From NCBI RefSeq assembly GCF_009914755.1, contig NC_060940.1: a stretch of 64,000 nucleotides of DNA; one strand, written 5' to 3'. A program made the position numbers and the translations under genes. This stretch comes from the human T2T-CHM13v2.0 reference genome, Homo sapiens. Below are positions 44,650 to 57,200 of this stretch, piece after piece. A model generated the notes under the pieces. It was not told the DNA's origin. It did no database searches and worked only from the letters and a program-made list of their open reading frames with translations. Within the stretch, counting starts at the first letter, position 1. Every line of letters begins with the position of its first letter.

Positions 44650-44735
44650 CTGCTCCTCGGCCCGCGACGCTCCCCTCAGCTGGCGGCGGCCGCGGAATGA
44701 GCCGCCGAGCGCGCTAGTGGCAGGAATGAGAAACC

Positions 44736-44790
44736 GGGGGGAGGTGGCGGGCGGGCAGGCGGGTGCGGGGCGGGGGGGGCGGGAGGAGGG
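44736..44790 (+). promoter_or_regulatory. G-quadruplex-forming / Sp1-KLF GC-box cluster
   Basis: Eight runs of >=3 G with short loops, plus overlapping GGGCGG motifs. Confidence 0.7.
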
Positions 44791-45032
44791 AGGCTGCCGC
44801 TGTGAGGGAAGGAAAGGGCGGGGGCTGAGAGAAGCCGAGGCTGCGAGAGGCAGCGAGATGGGCCTCGCAGAGGCTGCGGGGGCCGACCCCGTCCGCGCCC
44901 CTCCCCCCAGGGGCCCAGAGATGCTAACCCCTGGATTCGTGGCCGCCCCTCCCGCCCCGTGGCGCGGCGCTCCGACTCCCTCAGGGCTCAGATGGAGTCT
45001 GGAGCGACTGAAGTTGGGCTCCAGGGACGCAC

Positions 45033-45042
45033 AGCCAATCAG
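45033..45042 (+). promoter_or_regulatory. NF-Y CCAAT box
   Basis: AGCCAATCAG, a full NF-Y consensus inside the CpG island. Confidence 0.55.
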
Positions 45043-46308
45043 GGAGGGCGGCGGAGGGAAGCTGGAGAGGGGTTGGGAGCCCCCATTTTCCTCCTTCCCC
45101 CAAATCCGCTCCAGCTGGCCAGGCTGGGCTCTCGCCTGGCGGGCCGGGATGGTGGTTGGGGGAAGGTATCGTCCAAGTGAGGGAAGCAATTGGGAATTCG
45201 GGAGCGCGTTCTATTCTTTCTCACTCCACCACCCCACCTTCCAAAAATCCCTCAACGTTGGCGGCTCCTGCCCAGCCCCCACCCCTCTCAATCTCCCATC
45301 CCTTGCAAACTCTTCTGGTGGCTCTGGTGGTGAAGTCGGGCGGGGAGGGAGACTTAGGACTTGGGAAGAGCCCAGTCTCCGTTCTCTCTCAGCTCTCCTC
45401 TCGTCTAGTGCCCCCCACGCAACGCCTCGGAGAGGGGTGCGCGGGGAGCGCTTCGCCGGGGTCGGCCTCGCTCCAGCTTTTGGGAGGGTGCCTTGGCCCC
45501 TACCCCAGCCAGGTATCAGTGGCCCCCGCCGGTAGTGTCACTTGTTGCCACTCCCTCGCTACAGACCCGCCAGGGCCCGGTGGAGTGTGCGTTTCTACGG
45601 GAGAAAGGGCCTAATGGGGCGCAGCGCCGGAGTCCTAGCTCCTTCCTCCGCTGTTCCCCTCACTGACGACTCGCTACCGTGAGGGTTCCCCGGGCCTGCT
45701 TCCTGCCCTCCCTCCCCGAGTCGCCGGGAGAAAGGGCTGGCAGGGCCGGGGCTTAGGAATCACGCCAAGGACTGGGCGGGGCGCTCGCGGTACCGGGAAC
45801 GGCGTGGGGATCCGCACACCCAGCAGGGAACAACCATGCCTGTGTGGGGACCCCTGGCTTGAACAAGTTTGCAGGGTGGGAGGTGGAGGCAAGAGAGGAG
45901 GCGGAGGAAGGTGGAGACGCCAGTGGGTGAAGGCTAAAAAGGAACCGCCTAGGGGGACGGGGATGAGGCTGGGAAAGGAGAAGAGATGGACCCGCGAAAA
46001 AGACGGGGAAGGAGGCTGCGGAGGGAAAGCTGGGCGCCACAGCCAAGCAGTTTGAAAGGGCTAGAGGGGAGGAGACGGGCCCAGGAGTTAACGGAAAAAG
46101 AGGCCGAAAACGGAAGAGAAAGCTTGGGATCCTGAGCGCATGGGGAAGGAACCCCAGTGCGGGGCTAAGGCAAGAGCGGCCGAGCCCTGCCCTCCAGCTC
46201 CTGGTCACCAGCCCGCGGGTCCCGAGCGCCCGCAGCCGCCCGGGTTTCCACACGGCTTGGGGAGACGCCCGCGGGGGCGGGTGCCGGCGAGGCTGCCCCG
46301 GGACCTAC

Positions 46309-46440
46309 CCTCTTCGGCCTGCGCGCCCGCGTTTTTCTTGACGACTCCAGGATCCGGGTGGCGCTGCGTGCCTGCCCCCAGTCCGCGTCCTGCGCGGAGA
46401 GGATGCCTCTGTCACCCTCTGTGTGGACGTGGCCTTTGAA
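46309..46440 (-). other. Candidate alternative upstream first exon (5' end uncertain)
   Basis: Donor AGG|GTAGGT (GT at 46308-46307) on the CDH11 strand, in the distal CpG-dense part of the island. Confidence 0.35.
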
Positions 46441-47334
46441 CTCCTCATTCCTCCACTGCGGGGGAAGAGCTGTAAGTTTCCAGCTGCCCGGTTATCTTAC
46501 TCCTCAGCCTTCCCCCCACCATAGGTGTCCAAGGTGATAGCCCCCTGGGTCTCCAGTAACCCCCCAACCTCGCACCACACTCTGCGCAAGGGACGCGCGA
46601 GGACATTGACTCCCGGTGCTTTCCTGTAGAGCGCCAGAGAGCAGATCGTGGTGCCTGCCACTCCTGCCTCCCCCTGTGGGTCCCTGGCCCTGAACCTTTT
46701 CAGAGCTCTACCCTGCTTCCTCTGTCTGCCTTTTTGGCCTCTGCTGTAACCCCTAAAACTTTGGGTACTTCCCAAGCCACCGCCGAAAGTCCCCACTCTA
46801 ATGAGGCATGGTGATGGTAATAGGATGATCTGGTGGCGTCATTTCAGCTTATAAATGAAGTTACTTACACAGGAGAGGATGGACAAGGGGTCCGGCTTTC
46901 CCTCAGAGGTACTCGAGTTTTGCTCTTGTTTGGCTACAAACTATTGCCTGGATTTTCTCAACCCTTCCACGTGGTCCTAGAGGGAGTGTGAAGTCACGAT
47001 CAATCTGATCATACATATATTATACAAAGATGCCCGGGATCTGTAATGATTAGGACATCTCTTGATCCATGAAGCAAGTTTCATAAACTCCCTTTTGGAA
47101 GCGTGTCCAAAGATGAACCTGGCCACATGTCAGCTGACATTAGCTGGACTTTGACCTCTCCTCTCTGTTCAGCATTTATCGAATCACAACAGTTGTTTTT
47201 ATAGACCATCCCTTTAGTAATGGGTGCATCAGCCGATTTTAAAAAGTAAGTTAAAAACTGCTTGATAAGTTTCCACTGACACTACACACCTGAATCAGAT
47301 GGAACCTAGTGTATAGCAGCAGTCAATAACCCTT

Positions 47335-47870
47335 TGCACAACCCAGCAAGTTAGGATTCTACTCAAGAGAACAGGAAACATGTTCACACAAAAACACACA
47401 CCAGAATGTTCATAGCAGCCTTATTTATAATAGCCAAAATCTGGAAACAACACAAATACCCATCAACTGGTGAGCAGATAAACAAAAGAAACAACATAAA
47501 TACCCATCAGCTGGTGAGTAGATAAAGAAAACAGGGTGTATCCATACCATGGAATATTGTTCAGCAATAAAAGGGGAAGAAATACTGATGTTTGCTACAT
47601 CACGAATGAACTTCAAAAACATATGCTGAAAGCCAAATGAAAAACAACATATTGTATGATTTTCATTTATATGAAATGGCCATTTATATGAACTGGAAAG
47701 GCAAACTTATAGAAACATAAAGCCGTGGTTGCCCAGGGCTGAGGATTTGAACAGGAATTGACTGCAAATAGAACTTGAGGGAATTCTGTTGGGCAATCAA
47801 AATGCTCTAAAACTAGATAGTTGTGATGATTGCACAAATCTATAAATTTACTAAAATCATTGAATTGTAA
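47335..47870 (+). mobile_element. L1MB/MC-type 3' fragment
   Basis: gaatgttcatagcagccttatttataatagccaaaatctggaaacaac...catggaatattgttcagcaataaaa. Confidence 0.8.
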
Positions 47871-49919
47871 CCAAGAAAGAAAAAAAAATCCTTTCATATC
47901 TTTATTCCCAGAATATCTGTGACCTGCAGCTAATCCACAAGAGGAAACTTGGCAAAGCAGTTTCAGAGAAAAATATGTTAAAAAAAGATTTTTAGTTCTT
48001 ATGGAAAGATAACCATATTTCTATTCAGCAAGTTCTATTTTGGCTGCTGCTTTGGAGAACCTTATAAGTTTTAAAGAAAGTTAATTCCCCCCTTTCACTC
48101 TTCTAAGTGATTAATTCCTGGGAACTAGAGTTAGGCATTCCAGTTCGTGACATTTTAAACACACCTACTCATAGACACAGTACAAAGTGCACATTTCAGA
48201 GGGGATTTTTTTATGACTGTGTTAGGATCTGTCTTAGAAATCCTTATCAAGCACTTGGGTGGAGTATTGTGTGATTACAGTTTAGATTTAAAAAAGTAAA
48301 AGAATAGAAAAAAAAAAAAAAAAGAACCCACTGACAGCTTAAATCGAAAGATTCAGTTCAGCCAGCCAGCCAGAAGTTTGGGTGTTTATCTTAACTTGCC
48401 TCACCTTTCCTTCACCTTGTTCTTCTTCAAGGGAGGAAGCCAGCCTTCACGGTTGCTCTGGAGCCAGGATTAAACAGCCCCTTCTGCTTCCTGCGGGTTC
48501 CAATCCAGAGAGATATGAGGCCCAAATGGGCCTTTTCTTGTCTTTGTCCTTGCCTGCACGAGGCTGTTAATTTCCTGTCAGTTCCTTCATCAAAGGTACC
48601 AGGCTGTCATTCCTTTGATGCGCCTCTCCTCAGACTCTGAAGATAGCCAGACCCTGCTGAGTCAGTTCCTTGTTTAGACTTAGAAGTTCCAGGCTCCCCA
48701 GGTCTTCTCAAAGCTTCCTGCTCTAGAGGCATCCTTTGGTAAATGGTGTAAAGAGTGATGCAAGATCCAAGCGGGGCGTTAGTTTCATCACATTGCAGTG
48801 GGCTCCAACCACGCCTTCCCCAGGCAGAGGAGGAAGTTAAGAAAGATGGAATGGGAATACCATTTCTGAATCAGACACTTCAGGAAGATATTCCCACAGC
48901 TGGATCTTTAGAGCAAGGTGGGAGGACCACAGGCCTTTGATCTGTCTGATTCCTGGCTCTGCCACTCCTTAGCGCCATAACTTTGGCTAAAGACTTTATC
49001 TCCTTGAGATATGCTTTCCAAATCTATACAATGGGCATTACTATCTGTGCCTAGATTGTGGTGGGGATTCAACATGCTCACATACCTAGAGCCAAAAGCA
49101 CTAAGCTTGGAGCATAGGCTTCATAAGTGAAAGTTATTAATTACTATTATTAATTATGAGGCCTGATTATTATCACATTTTAAATGACCTGAGCAAGAAA
49201 AGAGACATGCTACAATTGTGAATTATAATAATTATAGAGATTAATCTTATCTTAGAACTGGTTATAAAACTGGCCAAGAATATTATGGCAGTTCAAAATT
49301 TCTGACACTGTAAATTGTCTAAATAAGGCTTGATTGAGGTCAGGTAGAATGAGATGTGCCAGGCTTGGGGGCTGAGGCTCTGAGTTCATATCTTAGATCC
49401 GCCACAAATTCATTGAGTCACCTTGGGAAAGTCATTTCCTTTCTCTGAGCCTCAGTTTCCCTAACTGCAAATAAGAGCTTACCTGAAATGAGCTCTGAAG
49501 AAGGTTTTTTCCAGAGTTTAAATCCTGGGCTTTTTAAGTGCTACTCATCATTTCATGTATTGAGACATCACATTGTACCCTATAAATATGTCCAATTTCT
49601 ATGTATTGATTTGAAAAAATCAGAACATCTCAGAGATGCAATTCTCCTTTCCAACACTAGGAGCAATCAGCCAATCATCTCAGGCTAAGGTCTGACTCCA
49701 GGCAGCCCGTCTCTCAAACATACCCTTTTCAACTCTATCAATAACATCTGTCTTTCTCCTTCACTTAAAGTTCCCCAAGGGCAGGGGTGACACTTTTCTG
49801 GTTTATTTATGCATCCCTAACATCTAGCATGGTGCCTAACATGACATAAAGCATAGACATACAATATGCATTTTTGAATGAATTAATGTATTTGGGTGAA
49901 TTAAAACCAATATATTGAT

Positions 49920-50350
49920 CAAATATCATCATAATAATACTATGTTGCGAATGATCCTAGCACTCCTCACTTAGAAGAGCACGCATTTACTATCATAGAT
50001 CTATGATTTAGCTGGGGTTGCCTGGTCTAAACTAGGCTGGGCTTGGGCGACTCAGCTTGGTTTTCTGCATGTCTCATCCTCCGCCTGGGACTCTCCTGGA
50101 CATAATCTCATGGTGATAAAAACTGCAGAAGAGGTGAAGCAGAAATATGCATGACCCCTTGAGGCCTAGGCTCAGGACTGGAAGCTATCTCTTCTACTTT
50201 AATCTGTTGGCCAAAGCGGCATGATCAGATGGAAAGTTAAGGAGTGGAGAAATATGATCTGCTTTTATAGGGGGAGAAACTTTAGTTGCCTGACAAACAG
50301 TAGGGTTACAGGAAGGGGTGAAGTGTTGGGCCACTAATGCAGTATCACAC
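49920..50350 (-). mobile_element. Old MLT1 (F/G/H-like) LTR
   Basis: cttgaggcctaggctcaggactgg...tgttggccaaagc. Confidence 0.6.
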
Positions 50351-50440
50351 AGGCAGAAACAGGTTTTCATCATCATTTACTCCAGACCATCTTGGATCTT
50401 CAGGTCCCCTAGGTTATATCCTATAGTCATTGTGACTACA

Positions 50441-50442
<2 letters not shown>

Positions 50443-50489
<47 letters not shown>

Positions 50490-50555
50490 TAGTGCCCTAT
50501 ATATTCTCTCTCCCTCTCTCTCTTTCTCTCTATATGTATATACATGTATATATCC
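50443..50555. repeat. (CA)n, (CT)n, (TA)n microsatellites
   Basis: Read directly from the sequence. Confidence 0.9.
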
Positions 50556-50671
50556 ATAACATAGAACAATATACAATGAGGAAGCAATCATGGCTTAAGA
50601 CCCAGAAGTAAAATGACTGTCAAACAGAACACAATGGCTTTTCTGGAATACCCTCTCTCTCTCTCTCTCCA

Positions 50672-53600
50672 CATATATATATTATATAGTTATTTTATAT
50701 ATTATATAGTATACTCTCTCTAGTATATATATACTCTCCCTAGTATAATATATGATATTATATATTATATAGTATATATAATTATTTTATATATTATATA
50801 GTATACTCTTTATATATATCTCTCTCCACATATATATATGTAGAGAGACAGAATATATATATATAGAATACTATATAATGTATAAAATAATTAAATATTA
50901 TATATTTATATATATATAAAATAATTACATATTATATATAAATATAAAATAATTACATATTATATATTTATATATAATATATAAAATAATTACATATTAT
51001 ATATTTATATATAATATATAAAATAATTACATATTATATATTTATATATAATAAATAAAATGATTACATCTTATATATTTATATAATATATAAAATAATT
51101 ACATCTTATATATTTATATAATATATAAAATAATTACATATTATATATTTACATATAACATATAAAATAATTACATATTACATATTTAAATATCATATAT
51201 AAAATAATTATATATTACATATTTATATATAATATATAAAATAATTACATATTAAATATTTATATATAATATGTAAAATAATTACATATTACATATTTAT
51301 ATATAATATGTAAAATAATTACATATTACATATTTATATATATGTAAAATAATTACATATTACATATTTATATATAATATGTAAAATAATTACATATTAC
51401 ATATTTATATATAATATGTAAAATAATTACATATTACATATTTATATATAATATGTAAAATAATTACATATTACATATTTATATATAATATGTAAAATAA
51501 TTACATATTACATATTTATATATAATATGTAAAATAATTACATATTACATATTATATATAATATGTAAAATAATTATATATTACATATTATATATAATAT
51601 GTAAAATAATTACATATTACATATTTATATATAATATGTAAAAGAATTACATATTACATATTTATATATAATATGTAAAAGAATTACATATTACATATTT
51701 ATATATAATATGTAAAATAATTACATATTTATATATAATATGTAAAATAATTACATATTACATATTTATATATAATATATAAAATAATTACATATTACAT
51801 ATTTATATATAATATATAAAATAATTACATATTATATATTTATATATAATATATAAAATAATTACATATTATATATTAATATATAATATATAATAATTAT
51901 ATATTATATATTTATATATAATATATGAAATAATTATATATTATATATTTATAAATAATATATGAAATAATTATGTATTATATATTTATATATAAAATAA
52001 TTGTATATTATATATTTATGATACATAAAACTATATATTATATATTTATATATGATACATAAAACTATATATTATATATTTATATATGATATATAAAACT
52101 ATTATATATTTATATATGATATATAAAACTATAGATTATATATTTATATATGATATATAAAACTATAGATTATATATTTATATATGATATATAAAATGAT
52201 ATACTATACATTAATATATGATATATAAAATGATATACTATATATTTATATATGATATATTATATTATATATAATATTAAATATATAAATATATAAAATA
52301 TATAATATAATAATATATATAATATATAATATATAATATATATAATATATAATATATAATATATATAATATATAATATATTATATATATAATATGTAATA
52401 TATTATATATATAATATGTAATATATTATATATATAATATGTAATATGTAATATGTAATATATAATATGATATATAATATATTATATATCATATGATATA
52501 TAATATATTATATATAATATGATATATAATATATTATATATAATATGATATATAATATATTATATATAATATGATATATAATATATTATATATCATATGA
52601 TATATAATATATTATATATAATATGATATTCAATATATAATGTAATATATGATATATAATATTATACATGACATTATATATTATATATAATATTATATAT
52701 GATATTCTATATTATATATGATATTCTATATTATATATATATAATATTATATATAACATATATAAAATATATATATTTATAAATATATAATGTTTATATA
52801 TTATATATAATGTATACAATATTTATATATTATATATAATATATAATATATATATTTATTATATAGGATATATCTAATATATATAATTATATATTTTCTA
52901 TATTATATATAATAAATAATTATATATTTTATATATTATATATAATATATAATTATATATTTTATATATTATATATAAATATAATTATATAATATATATA
53001 TTATATATAAAATATATAATATATATATTATATAATTATATCTATAAAATATATATAATTATATATTTTATATATAATATATAATATATCTTGTATATAA
53101 TATATAATTATATAATATATTATATATAATTATATAATTATATATTATATAATTATATAATTATATATTATATATAATTTATATATTTTATATATTATAT
53201 ATAATATACAATTATATATTTTATATATATAATATATAATTATATATTTAATATATAAAATATATAATTATATATTATATATATAAAATATATAATTATA
53301 TATTATATATATAAAATATATAATTATATATTTTATATATAACATAATTATATATTTTATATATATAACATATAATTATATATTTTATATATTATATAAT
53401 ATATATAATTATATATTTTATATATTATATAATATATATAATTATATATTATATATTATGTAATATATATAATTATATATTATATATTATGTAATATATA
53501 ATTATATATTGTATATATTATATAATATATAATTATATATTGTATATATTATATAATATATAATTATATATTGTATATATTATATAATATATAATTATAT

Positions 53601-56222
53601 ATTCTATATATTATATAATATATAATTATATATTCTATATATTATATAAGATATAATTATATATTTTATATTTTATATAAGATATAATTATATATTTTAT
53701 ATATTTTATATAATATATAATTATATATTTATATATTATATAATATATATAATTATATATTATATAATATAGAAATAATTCTATATTATATATAGTATAG
53801 AATTATTTCTATATTATGTATAATATATAATTAATTCTATACTATATATAATATAGAATTATACATTCTATATTATATATAGAATATATATTCTATATTA
53901 TATATAGAATATATATTCTATTTATAATATAGAATATATATTCTATATTATATATAGAATATATATTCTATTTATATATAGAATATATATTCTATATATA
54001 ATATAGAATATGTATTCTATATTATATATAGAATATGTATTCTATATTATATATAGAATATATATTCTATATTAAATATAGAATACATATTCTATATTAT
54101 ATATAGAATATGTATTCTATATTATATATAATATACAATCATTTCTATATTATATGTAATATATTATAATATATTATATATATTTTAATATATTACATAT
54201 AATATAGAAATGATTGTATATAATATATAATATAGAAATGATTATACATAATATATAATATAGAAATGATTATATATAATATATAATATAGAAATGATTA
54301 TATATTATATATAATATAGAAATGATTATATATTATATATAATATAGAAATGATTATATATTATATATAATATAGAAATGATTATATATTATATATTATA
54401 TAGAAATGATTATATATTATATATTATATAGAAATGATTATACATTATATAATATAGAAATGATTATATATCATATAATTATATAATGTACAAAATAACT
54501 ACATATTATATAGTTATATATAATATATAAAATAACTACATATTATATAGTTATGTACAATATATAAAATAACTACATATTATATAGTTATGTACAATAT
54601 ATAAAATAACTACATATATAGTTATGTATAATATATAAAATAACTACATATCATATAGTTATGTACAATATATAAAATACATATCATATAGTTTTACACA
54701 ATATATAAAATAACTACATATTATATAGTTTTACACAATATATAAAATAACTACATATTATATAGTTTTACACAACATATACAATAACTACATATTATAT
54801 AGTTTTACGCAATATATACCATAACTACATATTATATAGTTTTACGCAATATGTAAAATAACTACATATTATATAGTTTTACGCAATATGTAAAATAAGT
54901 ACATATTATATAGTTTTACACAATATATAAAATACATATATAGTTTTACGCAATATATAAAATAACTACATATTATATAGTTTTACGCAATATATAAAAT
55001 AACTACATATTATATAGTTTTACGCAATATATAAAAAAACTACATATTATATATTGTTATACAACATATAAATTAACTACATATTATATAGTGTTATACA
55101 ATATATAAAATAACTACTTATTATATAGTGTTATACAATATATAAAATAACTACATATATATTCATATATAATATATAAAATAACTACATATTATATAGT
55201 CTTATACAATATATAAAATAACTACATATTATATATTCTTATACAATGTGTAAAATAACTACATATTATATATTCTTATACAATATATAAAATACATATT
55301 ATATATTCTTATACAATATATGAAATAACTACATATTATATAGTCTTATACAATATATGAAATTATATATTATATAGTCTTATAGAATATATAAAATAAC
55401 TATATATTACATAGTCTTATACAATATATAAAATAAGTATATATTATATATTCTTATACAATATATAAAATAACTAGATATTATATATTCTTATACAATA
55501 TATAAAATAACTAGATATTATATATTCTTATACAATGTATAAAATAACTAGATATTATATATTCTTATACAATGTATAAAATAACTATATGTTATATATT
55601 CTTACACAGTATATAAAATAATTAGATATTACATATTCTTATATAGTGTATAAAATAATTAGAGATTACATATTCTTATACAATATATAAAATAATTATA
55701 TATTACACATTCTTATACAATATATAAAATAATTAGATATTACATATTCTTATACAATATATAAAATAGATATATATTCTTATACAATATATAAAATTAG
55801 ATATTATATGTTCTTATACAATATATAAAATAATTAGATATTATATATTCTTATGCAATATATAAAATAATTAGATATTATATATTCTTATACAATATAT
55901 AAACTAATTAGATATTATATATTCTTATGCAATATATAAAATTAGATATTACATATATTTTATATAATATATAAAATAATTATACATTACATATTTTTAT
56001 ATAATATATAAAATAATTATTACATATTTTATATATAATATAATTGTATATGTTATATAATTATACTATATATAATTCTATATATAATTATATTATATAT
56101 AATTCTATATATAATTATATATAACTATATAATTATATATAATATGTAATATAATATATTATATATGATAATATATTTTATATATATATAATTTTATATA
56201 TGGTGACCTATATAATATATGA
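50672..56222. repeat. ~5.5-kb AT-rich compound minisatellite
   Basis: Sub-arrays with hand-measured periods of 37, 34, 7, 26, 31, 25, 28 and 37 bp; almost no G/C. Confidence 0.97.
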
Positions 56223-56229
56223 AACCTAT

Positions 56230-56762
56230 ATAGTATACAGACGTGTTTAGCTACAGTTTCTGGCTCATAACTGGCATAGCCCTTGTTATAATGTTGTGGC
56301 TTTTTAGGCCTAAGAATCAGGCCTCAGAAAACAGTGTCTCTCCCTCTAACCTTCCCCTGTCTCCTTTCATCTGCCCAAGGCTGGACTCTAATCTGACTAT
56401 GGGTCATAAGACCCTCATACCAGAGGGAGTCCTGACCCATACCCAGGAGAAAGGAATACTGCATAGAAAAGCCAAGAAGAATCTGGACAGGCCTTACTGG
56501 GTTTAGATCATAACCTTTCAGTCAAATCACATCTCTATATGGTTGTCAATCATGCGTATCCAATGAGGTCTCAATAAAAGGTCCAAGAGGACAGAATTTG
56601 GGGATCTTCCAGATAGGTGAACTTGTGGAGGTTCCTGAAGCATGGGACACCTGGGAGGGACATAGAAGCTCTGTACCCTGTTTCCCATACCTCACCTTAT
56701 GCATCTCTTCATCTGTATCCCTAGTAATATCCTTTATAACAAATCAGAAAATTTAAGTAAAT
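56230..56762 (+). mobile_element. MER21-family LTR fragment
   Basis: gaagctctgtaccc...cccatacctcaccttatgcatctcttcatctgtatcc...aatatcctttata. Confidence 0.75.
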
Positions 56763-56769
56763 TTTGCCC

Positions 56770-57200
56770 CTTGATCACTCAAGCTTTCTTGCTTTTCAGA
56801 CAAGTTTCCAGGTTCGAGACCTTTGCACTTGCTCTTCCTATTGTCTGGAATACCCTTTCCCTGTTCATTCCTATGGCTTGCTTCTTCATTTTGCCTGTTT
56901 AAAGGTGATGTCCCAGGGTGTCTCATGAACAGAAACACCCACTCGGCACTCCAATCCCCTTCCGATCATCTTCAGCCTATCCCTGTAAACTGTGTTATTC
57001 TTGTTCATAACACATACACTTGAAATTGTATTGTATGTTTTTATTTACTTATTTTTTGGTTGCCTCACCCGAGTAGAATACAAGCCTCAAGAGAGCAAAG
57101 CATAAGATCTCTCTCATACCTTCCTGGATCTCAAGCATCTAACACAGTACCAGGCATTTGGTGGGCACTCAGTAAATATTTATGGATTGAATACATGAAG
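56770..57200 (+). mobile_element. L2 3' fragment
   Basis: cctttgcacttgct...ctggaataccctt; aacacagtaccaggca...gggcactcagtaaatatttatggattgaa. Confidence 0.7.

Larger units (their letters stand above)
44515..44651 (-). other. CDH11: CDH11 (cadherin-11/OB-cadherin) non-coding exon 1 (5' UTR)
   Basis: The minus strand reads AGATGCCGCGGGGGCCGCTCGCAGCCGCCGCTGACTTGTGAATGGGACC...CCCTCAAGGGCCCCAG, which I recognise from memory as the 5' end of CDH11 mRNA. It ends in a strong donor CAG|GTGAGG (GT at 44514-44513) and lies in a CpG island. The TSS may extend further 5'. Confidence 0.88.
43350..46700. promoter_or_regulatory. CpG island / CDH11 promoter
   Basis: Abrupt rise in GC and CpG density against CpG-poor flanks. 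Many GGGCGG boxes and a NotI site near 44686. No canonical TATA near exon 1. Confidence 0.93.

Noticed and set aside
43283-46796. Many long overlapping ORFs (up to 272 aa) in the CpG island
   Set aside because: They are Gly/Arg/Pro/Ala-rich in all six frames, as expected from stop-poor GC-rich DNA. No domains are recognisable, and many start at non-ATG codons.
50672-56222. Identification as FRA16B itself, or as a CRISPR-like array
   Set aside because: The recalled 33-bp FRA16B consensus was not found on either strand. There are no unique spacers, and the context is eukaryotic.
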